NCBI RefSeq assembly: GCF_002571385.2
Contig: NW_019217785.1
Location: forward strand, 838,859-902,858
From: Stylophora pistillata
Taxonomy: Eukaryota
Direction of reading: 5' to 3'
DNA length: 64,000 nt
This document shows positions 40,153 through 50,366 of this stretch, piece after piece. The notes beneath the pieces were generated by a model, which saw only the letters and a list, made by a program, of their open reading frames with translations, was not told the DNA's origin and did no database searches. Every line of letters begins with the position of its first letter. Position 1 is the first letter of the stretch. The position numbers and the translations under genes were made by a program.

Positions 40153-43100
40153 ATGTCATCTTGGGCCGGATTCACAGACGAAGAGCTCCTCCGTTTGAGA
40201 CAAACTGGAAGAGAAGATGGGACAGCTCCAGAAAGCCTTAAAAAGTCAGCGATTAACACTGCAAAACGACAACGACCTCGAGAGAAAGTAAGATCAAGAG
40301 TTACGTCCTCAGAAAAAATAGAGTTCGGGAAACAAGAAGGAAATGACGACCAGGGCTCGAGAAATCGCGCTCAGTCAGCGCAGCAAAACCCAGGCTCCAG
40401 AACCCACGGTGGTCATTCAACTTCGCGGCTTGATTCCAGGGAGGAAGAAAAGGAAAATTCCTCTCCAGAGTGTGAAAGGCGGGGAAAAAGTATAAGCCAG
40501 GTAAAAGAAGGGAATGCCTTTCCCGAAGAACCGACATCAGAAACCAAGTCTTTGGAGAAGGCCAATGATCAACAAGGAAAAGCTCTCGAGGTGGATGATG
40601 GCCTTCAAAAGCAGAATGGTTCACGAGCGGATAAAGAGGTGGAAATCGTTCTCCCTAATATAATCGACGAGAGTGATAGGTAGGATAAGGGAAAGGTGTT
40701 ATTAAAGTTTTATTTGATCAGGTCACTCCAACAGTTTCTGGTGAAGGTACTTACCGGTTCGCGAGCATTTTTAACCCACATTCCACAAGGGTAAGATCTT
40801 GTCTCTTAGTGACATTTAATTAAAAGCAAATTTTCTTCTTTTGCCATTGAACCAGTGTATGTAGGGATGTTTTATTGTTTGCTTTCAATCAGCACTTAAT
40901 ATTTTACATAAATTATACAGGTAAAATAGCTTGAATAATCAGGGATTGTTTTATTTTTAAACAAGAAGTGCGGTATATTGGCAGGGGTGCATGAAACTTT
41001 CATGAATATACAATAATCAACAAAAGCAGTTGGAACACGTTAAAAAAAACCGATTTGTTCTCCTTTCTGGCACATTGTACCCTTGTACCCTCCCTCCTTT
41101 CCTCAGGTTTTTCGTATTTTGTGCCAACTAAGCAACTCTTGGTGATGAAAAACACAACATTGTTCTGGGGAATGGGTTGAATGTCAATAAGGCAAGGGGT
41201 GCAATTTGTAATAAGTGTTACAATCCTTTAATGCTCATTGAAGTTGTCAGACATGAAAGAAGATCCTTGAGCAAACTGAGTTCTCTTTTTGTGCAGTCAT
41301 TCTCTGTATCCAAGTGAGGACCCATCCAAGAAGACAAATTATTACACATGTTTCAAATACCATATTTTAATAACTTGTTATAATTATTTTTTTTTAATTT
41401 TTTGCATAGAATACAAGCTATTGAGTTGTCAGCATTGGAAAAGATGCAAGAAAAACAGAAACAGATTGAGCTGGAAAATAAAAGAAAGAAAGCAGCTCTT
41501 CAGGAAACAATAAAGAAAAGGTATTCTTTTACTAGTTCACAAGATCAAAAAATGAAAAGCCAATCATACTGATGTTGGCAGAAGACAATACCTACGAAAA
41601 TGGCAGAAAGCAGAGTGGATGCCCTGAACCATAAAATGATTACATTTTGTGGTGTGAAAAAGTGAGCATGAATAGAGCACGTATTTAGGAGGTAATTTAT
41701 CAAGATGCTTGTATTTAGTATCAATAACCTCTCCAGTTGTTATTTCCACCTCTCTTTTGGTCTTATTTTGCTTATTTTTTGGGTTAGATATCAGAAAACC
41801 CAAGCAGAAGCCCAAGTTCTTTCTTTAGTTCAGAAAGAGTTGAGCCATCTTGACAGTCTCCTGTCTGCTGATGTGGCAATTCTGCGAGACAAGATAGAGG
41901 AGAGCAGTAGAGATTATCTTAGTGCACAGTAAGTGAATGAGTACACTATTCAATTTAGGTTTGCTAAGATGTTTTACTTTGCAGAGCAATTTCTTCTAAA
42001 TTTTCAAGAACGAGTTGATCCCTCTAGTCTAAATTGATTGCACTACTGGCAACAGATTTTGTATTTCCACAGTTTCATTCTTGGCTTCTTTCTGCTGCTA
42101 ATGCCACATCAACAAAGCTTTACCAACGAATATGTGCACGATCCTTCGCAGTAAAGCACTATTTAAGCAATAGTGAAAATCAGACCTGAAAAAAATTTTT
42201 TTCAGGTCTGATTTTCACTATTGCTTAAATAGTGCTTTACTGCGAAGGATCGTGCACATATACGTTTCATAACCGCAGTTCATATATATGTATTTCATAT
42301 GTTTGTTGTTTGATTTATCATCTACGGGTTTATGTCGAATTAATTTGATGGCCTGCTCCCAGTTGGCTTGTTAGCTCAATTGGTAGAGCGCTGCACTAGT
42401 ATCGCAGAGGTCAGTGGTTCGAATCCCGTACAGGCCTGAATTTTTTTCAGGTCTGATTTTCACTATTGCTTAAATAGTGCTTTACTGCGAAGGATCGTGC
42501 ACATATACGTTTCATAACCGCAGTTCATATATATGTATTTCATATGTTTGTTGTTTGATTTATCATCTACGGGTTTATGTCGAATTAATTTGATGGCCTG
42601 CTCCCAGTTGGCTTGTTAGCTCAATTGGTAGAGCGCTGCACTAGTATCGCAGAGGTCAGTGGTTCGAATCCCGTACAGGCCTGAATTTTTTTCAGGTCTG
42701 ATTTTCACTATTGCTTAAATAGTGCTTTACTGCGAAGGATCGTGCACATATACGTTTCATAACCGCAGTTCATATATATGTATTTCATATGTTTGTTGTT
42801 TGATTTATCATCTACGGGTTTATGTCGAATTAATTTGATGGCCTGCTCCCAGTTGGCTTGTTAGCTCAATTGGTAGAGCGCTGCACTAGTATCGCAGAGG
42901 TCAGTGGTTCGAATCNTTTTTTTTTAATTTTTTGCATAGAATACAAGCTATTGAGTTGTCAGCATTGGAAAAGATGCAAGAAAAACAGAAACAGATTGAG
43001 CTGGAAAATAAAAGAAAGAAAGCAGCTCTTCAGGAAACAATAAAGAAAAGGTATTCTTTTACTAGTTCACAAGATCAAAAAATGAAAAGCCAATCATACT

Positions 43101-44731
43101 GATGTTGGCAGAAGACAATACCTACGAAAATGGCAGAAAGCAGAGTGGATGCCCTGAACCATAAAATGATTACATTTTGTGGTGTGAAAAAGTGAGCATG
43201 AATAGAGCACGTATTTAGGAGGTAATTTATCAAGATGCTTGTATTTAGTATCAATAACCTCTCCAGTTGTTATTTCCACCTCTCTTTTGGTCTTATTTTG
43301 CTTATTTTTTTGGTTAGATATCAGAAAACCCAAGCAGAAGCCCAAGTTCTTTCTTTAGTTCAGAAAGAGTTGAGCCATCTTGACAGTCTCCTGTCTGCTG
43401 ATGTGGCAATTCTGCGAGACAAGATAGAGGAGAGCAGTAGAGATTATCTTAGTGCACAGTAAGTGAATGAGTACACTATTCAATTTAGGTTTGCTAAGAT
43501 GTTTTACTTTGCAGAGCAATTTCTTCTAAATTTTCAAGAACGAGTTGATCCCTCTAGTCTAAATTGATTGCACTACTGGCAACAGATTTTGTATTTCCAC
43601 AGTTTCATTCTTGGCTTCTTTCTGCTGCTAATGCCACATCAACAAAGCTTTACCAACGAATATGTGCACGATCCTTCGCAGTAAAGCACTATTTAAGCAA
43701 TAGTGAAAATCAGACCTGAAAAAAATTCAGGCCTGTACGGGATTCGAACCACTGACCTCTGCGATACTAGTGCAGCGCTCTACCAATTGAGCTAACAAGC
43801 CAACTGGGAGCAGGCCATCAAATTAATTCGACATAAACCCGTAGACGTACAGGCCTGAATTTTTTTCAGGTCTGATTTTCACTATTGCTTAAATAGTGCT
43901 TTACTGCGAAGGATCGTGCACATATTCGTTTCATAACCGCAGTTCATATATATGTATTTCAAAGCTTTACCAAATAAAACAAAGTAACCAATTGAACTTA
44001 GCTCTTCCTATGGTTAACTTCTCACAAGTTCAAGGTAACATGCAAAGTTGACATGCACTAAAAATTTCCTACCATACTGTTTCATGTTCTACTCCAATAT
44101 ATTTGTGACTCTTGTCTCTAAGTTCCTAAATTTTTTTCCTCCACAAGCTTAAGTTCCAACTGTTTTAATTGTCTTTACTGATGCACTTAATAATCAAAAG
44201 CATATCCATATCATTGATTTCAACTGCACTCAAACTTTGGTTATCAAGTTTCAAATGTTTGTTTGCTAAACATCTCAGGTGTCCATGCTTAGATGAAAAC
44301 AGCAGTAATGTTCACAACAGGACATACTACTTATTAACTTTATTTTCAGAAGGAGGTATGAGAAAGCAGAAAAAGAGTTTGTGGAGGCGAAGATGGATTT
44401 ACACAGAAAAACGGAAAGGAAAGATTTACTTACAGAGCACCTGTACACCATTATTAGAGAAAATGAATTGAGAAAGGCAAAAAAACTTGAAGAACTCATG
44501 GCAAAGCTTAATGAGGGTGATCAACCCTCTCTGGAACAGAGCAATTCTGACGTTTCGGTGCCATTAGAGAAGGCAAGTAGAGATGTTCCAGAATCGAAAT
44601 CAAGTTCATTTTCATCACCATGTGATGACGTAGACGACAAGACTCCTATTAAAGAGACTAAAATTGACCTGGCAAAACAGGCCACGATGTCTGAAGCGGT
44701 TTCAAAAGAAGAAGTTACAGTTACGAATTGA
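40153..44731 (+). CDS. GORAB: RAB6-interacting golgin GORAB (SCYL1BP1); exons 2-3 appear twice in this assembly
   Basis: N-terminal [17 protein letters not shown]. Exons 40153-40679, 41410-41520, 41788-41928 (copies at 42940-43050 and 43318-43458) and 44350-44731. Coiled-coil [13 protein letters not shown] and [24 protein letters not shown]. Confidence 0.92.
42127..42915 (+). repeat. Tandem array of a 245-bp unit containing a tRNA-Thr(AGT)-like sequence, preceded by an inverted partial unit
   Basis: ggcctgctccc recurs at 42350, 42595 and 42840 (period 245). About 42130-42195 is the reverse complement of the following sequence. The array is cut by the N at 42916. Confidence 0.9.
42365..42437 (+). 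pseudogene. tRNA-Thr(AGT)-like sequence (repeat-borne, probably non-functional as tRNA); copies at 42610-42682, 42855-42915 (truncated), about 43730-43801 (-) and about 14920-14991
   Basis: Acceptor GGCTTGT/ACAGGCC, D-arm GCTC/GAGC, anticodon loop CTAGTAT, TTCGAAT loop and a downstream oligo-T. The T-stem AGTGG/CCCGT has two mismatches and the anticodon stem one. Confidence 0.7.
42917..43725 (+). repeat. Near-identical duplicate of about 41387-42195 (offset 1530 bp) after a single-N join
   Basis: Visually identical except g/t at 41781/43311. Contains GORAB exons 2-3. Confidence 0.9.
43657..43959. mobile_element. tRNA-containing repeat insertion with inverted halves and a 13-14 bp TSD
   Basis: caaagctttaccaa at 43643-43656 and 43960-43973. 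About 43657-43844 is antisense unit and about 43846-43960 is sense unit. Confidence 0.85.
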
Positions 44732-45769
44732 TTAAGCTTCTTTTCACTTTGAATAAACGTCTCATAAAATGACTGAAACTGATAATCACGACTCCGGGTG
44801 AAATGTTTGGTTATTGTGTAGGTAGGTGTCGATACAGAATGAACCCCAAGATTTACCGGAAAATCAGCAGAATTCTCAGGGAGACTTCATTTTATAGCTG
44901 AACTTCTCAATGAAAAGTAGTTTTATATACTCCGCCTTTACTGGAGTCATTCATTTTAAATCTAAATTATCCTGGGATAATAAACCTTATAAATTTCTGA
45001 AGTAGGCTTGGTTCTTTACATGAACGTAACATACACCTGTCCAATTAGACCTATGCAATTAGCCCCGCCCAGTTTTCAACCCTCCCGCCTTTTCGAAACT
45101 CGCGCCACTTTTCTCGACCAATAAGATTCAAAACATAAACCAATCGTCACTTTGTAACTCGCGTTAACTTGTCTTTATTTTGAGTTTTACTGGGCTCTGA
45201 GGTATTTTCCTTTATTCTGATTGCGGGTTGTTTGGTTTTGGTTTTACAATCGAAATTTGCTGCACATCTTGTAGTAATTATAGTTATGAGACAATTACGG
45301 TGGGAGATAAGTCTAAGGTTTATCCTTCAAAGCACATAAACCTGCCGCACATAAACCTACGCACCAGGAAAATGACAACCACACGTATATATATACATAT
45401 ATATCAAAATCATCTTTATAGTTTGCCTGAAAAAGCAAAGCCGCATCAAGGGGGAGGCAAGACCGAGGCCGTTTCCCCCTGATGCGGCTCGCGGATAGGT
45501 AGAAAACAAAGGCGAGTTGCCAGGTCTAAGGCGAGCTAACAGTGATGCAGTCGATAACGAAACCAGCGCATATGAGAGCGACACAGTTGATGGATAACTA
45601 ATGGATGCTACGTATTATGTTGCCATTGGACGGTATACAATTTCTCACATTTATTTTTGTCCTCTACTTAAAATTACGAACAAAGTAAAAGTAATTTTGT
45701 CCTAGTCCAGGTGTAACAGTCATGAAATTTGCCACCTCTTGATTAATAACCAACAAATCATAGGCAAAT

Positions 45770-47467
45770 TCATTTCCTACCCACTTCCTCATCGTCAAAC
45801 GCCCCGAGTGTTGATATCGACATCAACTGAATCCATTGATCGTCCTTCGAAGAAACCACAAGGGTGCCATCGGAGAACAGGGCTATATCCGTGGGGCGTC
45901 CATCGATCGGGAATGCCTCTAGAAAAGTTCCGTCGGGTTTGTACGTTTGAATGGAACTAGATCCCCAGTCACACACTAAAAATATTTCCTCTCTTGGATC
46001 AAAGATCATTCCCGTCGGTAAAACCAGACGACCATGACCATGAATTTCGTTGTCTTTACCCCCAAAATGCCGAAGAAAATCGCCACATTCGTTATACACC
46101 ATAATGCACCCTTTTTCCATGTCTGTCACATAGTAATGCTTTTCATGGTAAAGGACTTTAAAAGGGAATAACAAAGTACCCTCGCCAGAAAACCCGAACC
46201 TCAAATCGGGTTTTCCGAAAGGCGTATCCGAGTGCACGATGATGCATGCTCGGCATTGTTTCGCTAAGGGTTCGCATGTGAGCAAAAACCGTCCACTCTG
46301 ATCAGTGGAAACAAAACAGTATTTGACACCCCACTGCGAGCTGCTTCTGTAACTCACTTTAAAGGTTCCATCAATTGGATTGATGAGATGTACGTCACGA
46401 GCACCGTTGACGGCGATCAAGTCGTTTTTGTCCTTGGAAAAAGCAACGCCCGAAAACATCATGGCAGGTTGGGGAGAGCTGGCTGGAGATGTAAATCTAT
46501 TCACGAAATCACCATTGCGATTCAAAATCAGAATGTTGTTGTTCTCTGGATCAGCTACAGCCACCTGCTTGTCACCATCTGTTGCGATGCTTAAGGGTGA
46601 AAAAGACTCGAAGCCAAAATTCGAAGCAGTGATCTTACGTAGTGTTGTGAGCGATACCCTCATGAACTGCAGAGGCGTAGAAATTCCAATTTTCACCCCG
46701 CTCGGATCACTCATCGATAAGTCTCCAATGCCCAGACTTTCGACATTTCGCAGAAGATCTTTGTTTGCGTCGAATGAAGCAGCAAACGAATTTAATTCGT
46801 GCATCTCTCTGTAAAGTTTATCCTCTGTGCTATTGTGCGCCAGGGAAGCTAAGGTGTTTTTCATCTTTGAAATTTCCCCATCGTTCTTCTCATCGTAAGC
46901 GTTCAAAGAAACATTAACGTGAGCTTGTAACTTCTGTTTGAAAGCTTCCATCTTTTCTTCAAGGCGGCTGAAAACGCTGTCTTCTTGAGAAATAAAATCT
47001 TCCATTCTACTGATCAACTCTGATTCGCTCAGCCTTGTCTTTCTGACAATCGCATCAGCCATTCTGTGAATTTCTTCTTTAAGACACTCTCCATGTTCGA
47101 ATTTTCGTTGTCGACTCAATTTTAGCTCCTTTATCAATTCATCTAAAACTTCCACCTTTGTTACGCATGCTTGAATCCCCTTGGAAAGCTTCTCGCGTTC
47201 TTTTTGCGGCTCGGTTTGTTGTAGAAGTTTCACTAGGAACACGTTTGTCTGTAAATCATCAAGGTCATCTTCACGAATAAAAGATTCTTGTCGACACGTA
47301 GGGCACTGTATGTAAGCCGGTTTTGCTCGCATTATAATATTTTTGAGACACTGTCGACAAACGTTGTGATTGCAAGTAGGAAGAACTTTCGGATCTTGAA
47401 ACTCTTCTAAACAGACCGGACAACAATAATCATAAAAATCCGTATCCTTATACCCGCTGGAAGCCAT
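45770..47467 (-). CDS. TRIM-NHL-like E3 ligase (RING, coiled coil, NHL beta-propeller; no recognisable B-box), intronless, 565 aa
   Basis: C3HC4 RING CPVC...CNHNVCRQC...CPTC followed by LQTNVFL. NHL repeats (VAVADPENNNILI, GTLLFPFKV, YYVTDMEKGCIMVY, LPTGMIFD, PTDIAL). Confidence 0.9.
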   Translation of the reverse strand: MASSGYKDTDFYDYCCPVCLEEFQDPKVLPTCNHNVCRQCLKNIIMRAKPAYIQCPTCRQESFIREDDLDDLQTNVFLVKLLQQTEPQKEREKLSKGIQACVTKVEVLDELIKELKLSRQRKFEHGECLKEEIHRMADAIVRKTRLSESELISRMEDFISQEDSVFSRLEEKMEAFKQKLQAHVNVSLNAYDEKNDGEISKMKNTLASLAHNSTEDKLYREMHELNSFAASFDANKDLLRNVESLGIGDLSMSDPSGVKIGISTPLQFMRVSLTTLRKITASNFGFESFSPLSIATDGDKQVAVADPENNNILILNRNGDFVNRFTSPASSPQPAMMFSGVAFSKDKNDLIAVNGARDVHLINPIDGTFKVSYRSSSQWGVKYCFVSTDQSGRFLLTCEPLAKQCRACIIVHSDTPFGKPDLRFGFSGEGTLLFPFKVLYHEKHYYVTDMEKGCIMVYNECGDFLRHFGGKDNEIHGHGRLVLPTGMIFDPREEIFLVCDWGSSSIQTYKPDGTFLEAFPIDGRPTDIALFSDGTLVVSSKDDQWIQLMSISTLGAFDDEEVGRK

Positions 47468-48020
47468 TTTCAGTCGGTATCTTTGAAACTAGTGGAGAAG
47501 TAACCGCCGAACACTTCCTGACAATACACAGCTGGGAGTTTCAAAATTGTTCATTTACATTGGGTAAAACCGACGTTATGATAATGCGGACGTGTGGCTT
47601 TTCAGATTTGCATACATAAAACAGTTTGATTGTGATCAGCGAATGAGAAGTGAATCTCTAAACGCCACTATCACAAAATTAACCTCAATGGACAAACACC
47701 CATGATTCACCTTAAAAAAAAAATTATACACCAACGAAAATAGGACAATTGGGCGCAATTACTTGAATATAAAGACTCTTTCATATAACTAAATCATTTA
47801 TTTATTCAGTTGGAACATCAAACTGTAATATTACACAGAAACAAAATAATAAGGAATCTCGAATACTCATTTCAACCCATGTCTTACTCATATACCGTTT
47901 AAACAATGAAAGTACTTTCTGCGGATCAAACCTGTATCTGAATGTTAATTTAAAAAATTCAGAAGCTTTGTTTTGAGACCAAAAAAAAAAAAAGAACTTA
48001 GGGAGTTCATTAAATTAACA

Positions 48021-48280
48021 TACCGTAAACTGCCGCTTATAGCAACTTCGTGGGGGATTTTAGGAGGGCTTATAAACGGAGGGGCTTATATCCGAGGGTA
48101 CTCATATCCGAGAGGGCTTATATCCGAGGGGGTTTATAAGAAAGCGGAATAGAAGAGTGCTTTGAAACGAGTTATAGCAGTGCTGATCAAAATTCGTTTT
48201 GCATTTACCGGTTCTTAATAATTCTCCACATCGACATAGTAAATCGAATTCATTTCAATACATTTAAATTACCGTGTGTA
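48021..48280. repeat. MITE fragment with ~18-bp subrepeats (ggggcttatatccgag)
   Basis: Starts taccgtaaa. 3-4 tandem degenerate gggcttatatccga units at 48065-48140. Confidence 0.55.
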
Positions 48281-49188
48281 TATTACTCTTGGGGAACAAC
48301 AAACACAATGCTTAGGTCATGAAACAAAAACGTGACACACAGTGCATTATATATGGACTATAATCAAAATCATGCAGAGGAAAATGCGTACTGTACAGAA
48401 ACAAAGCCCTACGTTAGGTTGATTGTATACGTTAAGCTGAAGCCTGTTAACTCATGATCAGTGTTGCACAATAACACCACGACGAAGCATTGAAAGTTAC
48501 TTCAGTGGTGTTTCACATTGACGTTTTGTTGTTTGTTCTTTTAATTGTTTATAAACTTGATATTTCGCCAAGCCTGGGGCGGATTGGCGTCACCAACCCC
48601 ATACTTCGATAGACAATTCTTCCATTTAGGTTCTTCATTTGTCTTTCTTTTGTTGGGAAAGTGAGTTGTCTCTAAGTGTAAAGTTTGAATGTTATATGAT
48701 TAAATAGTTTGTAGAGAAACAAGGTTTTGCTCTCTTATTTACGGCTGAACAATCAGTTTCGGTCAGCTAATGTTGAAAAAAACAAAAATGAAAAAAGAGT
48801 ACGATTTCATTAGACAGGAAGGCCTGCTTCAACTACAACACCACAGGTTACTACCTCGATTTAGTGCATCCGATATCAAATATCATTCATTTTTAGGCTT
48901 AAATTTTTATTCATTCCGCCAAGTTTAGATTCAAAACTGCCTGTTGTGGGCTGTTTCACACGTTCAATAGGTGAAACAAAGCGCGTCACAAAACGGCGCG
49001 AAAGTGACAGAGGACTGAAAAAACGAGGGAGGCTTGGGTCGAGTCGACGCGACCTGAACCTTCCCTCGTTTTTCGCTCAACCACTTCAAGCGCATCGTTG
49101 ACTATTCGCACGGATTTCACACCTTTTTACTTTGTGAACGCCTGGGTCAGGCTACTCTGCGCTCAAAATTAGTCATTTCAATTGTGTA

Positions 49189-50219
49189 TTGTCGAATTCC
49201 TCAGTTGCTGAAATTGCCGAATGGGCAGCTTCCAACAAACTACCGATCAACGAAAGCAAGATTAAAGCCATACTCATTACTGGTAACCGTCTCGCCTCGA
49301 AGATCATTTACGAGATGGCTTTAACTATTAATGGAACTGAACTTGAACTTGAACTTGTCCCCAGTGTTAAACTGCTGGGTCTTGAAATTGACTCTGAACT
49401 AGCATTTAATTCCCATGTTGAGAAACTATGTAAAAAGCTGTCCCAGCGAATCGCAATATTGAAAAAGATACGATCTTGCCTGCCCATGACACAAAGATTA
49501 TTGTACTATAACTCTATGATTAGATCGGTCCGGCTTTACGTCAGCTCAATCTGGACTAGCTGTAACAAGGAGAGTCTAGGTCGTATTTTAAAGTTGCAGA
49601 AACGAGCAGCCAGGGTAATTTCTGATGCTGACAACCAAGCGTCTAGTGCCAAGCTGTTCAATAGACTTCAGTGGCTCCCTTTTTAGGAGGAATCCAAAAT
49701 AGCTAAATGCTGCGTTGCGTACAAACGTATCAAGCGTTAAGTACCTTTATATACTGAAGGCTCTTTAATACTTAATAGTCAGCAACATAATCGTGCTACA
49801 AGATATAGCAACCGACACTAATTTAATTTGCCCAAGATTTAATCGTATGACCGAAGGCGGTAGATCAGTCGCAGTCACTAACTGTAAATTTTAAGAATAG
49901 CCCAAGTCTAGAATTCAGGAATTCTGTATCATTAGAATCTTTTAAAAACAATTATAGAAACAACCTTCTTAATGTACAACAGAAACTACATCATTTTATA
50001 GTCTAACATACGATTCATCATTTGCTCTCAAGTTACATTTTATTTTTATTCGTAATTCGTCTTCTAATTAGATATATATTCCTAGTTTTTATTAATAGTT
50101 ATGTTAGAATTCAACATACATTGTTTGTTAGAATTCTTTAAATAGAGGGCCACAAGTTTATTCGTTACTTCAACTACTCCGTGCCACCCTCTCTAAATAA
50201 AGTGTATCATTATTATTAT
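49189..50219 (+). mobile_element. 5'-truncated, decayed CR1/L2-group LINE (RT C-terminus + 3' UTR)
   Basis: W...NKLPINESKIK, VKLLGLEIDSELAFNSHV, Y.SSIW, LQKRAARVI, LQWLP. In-frame stops after 49683. Ends aataaagtgtatcattattattat. Confidence 0.85.
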
Positions 50220-50323
50220 GTCGCAGAGAAATCAACTGAATGCTACATTCTAATCAGGCAGCACAGGGCGAAAACCGTAACCTGTGAGCCATGGAGTAAA
50301 AAAATAAATGTACATTAACTATA

Positions 50324-50324
<1 letters not shown>

Positions 50325-50363
<39 letters not shown>
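50325..50363. repeat. (TTA)n/(TAA)n microsatellite at the 3' end of the RLE element
   Basis: About 13 tandem att units. Confidence 0.95.

Positions 50364-50366
<3 letters not shown>

Noticed and set aside
42350-42915. Tandem repeats as a CRISPR array or a functional tRNA gene cluster
   Set aside because: Units are identical with no unique spacers and no cas genes. The tRNA-like part has a mismatched T-stem and is embedded in a dispersed repeat.
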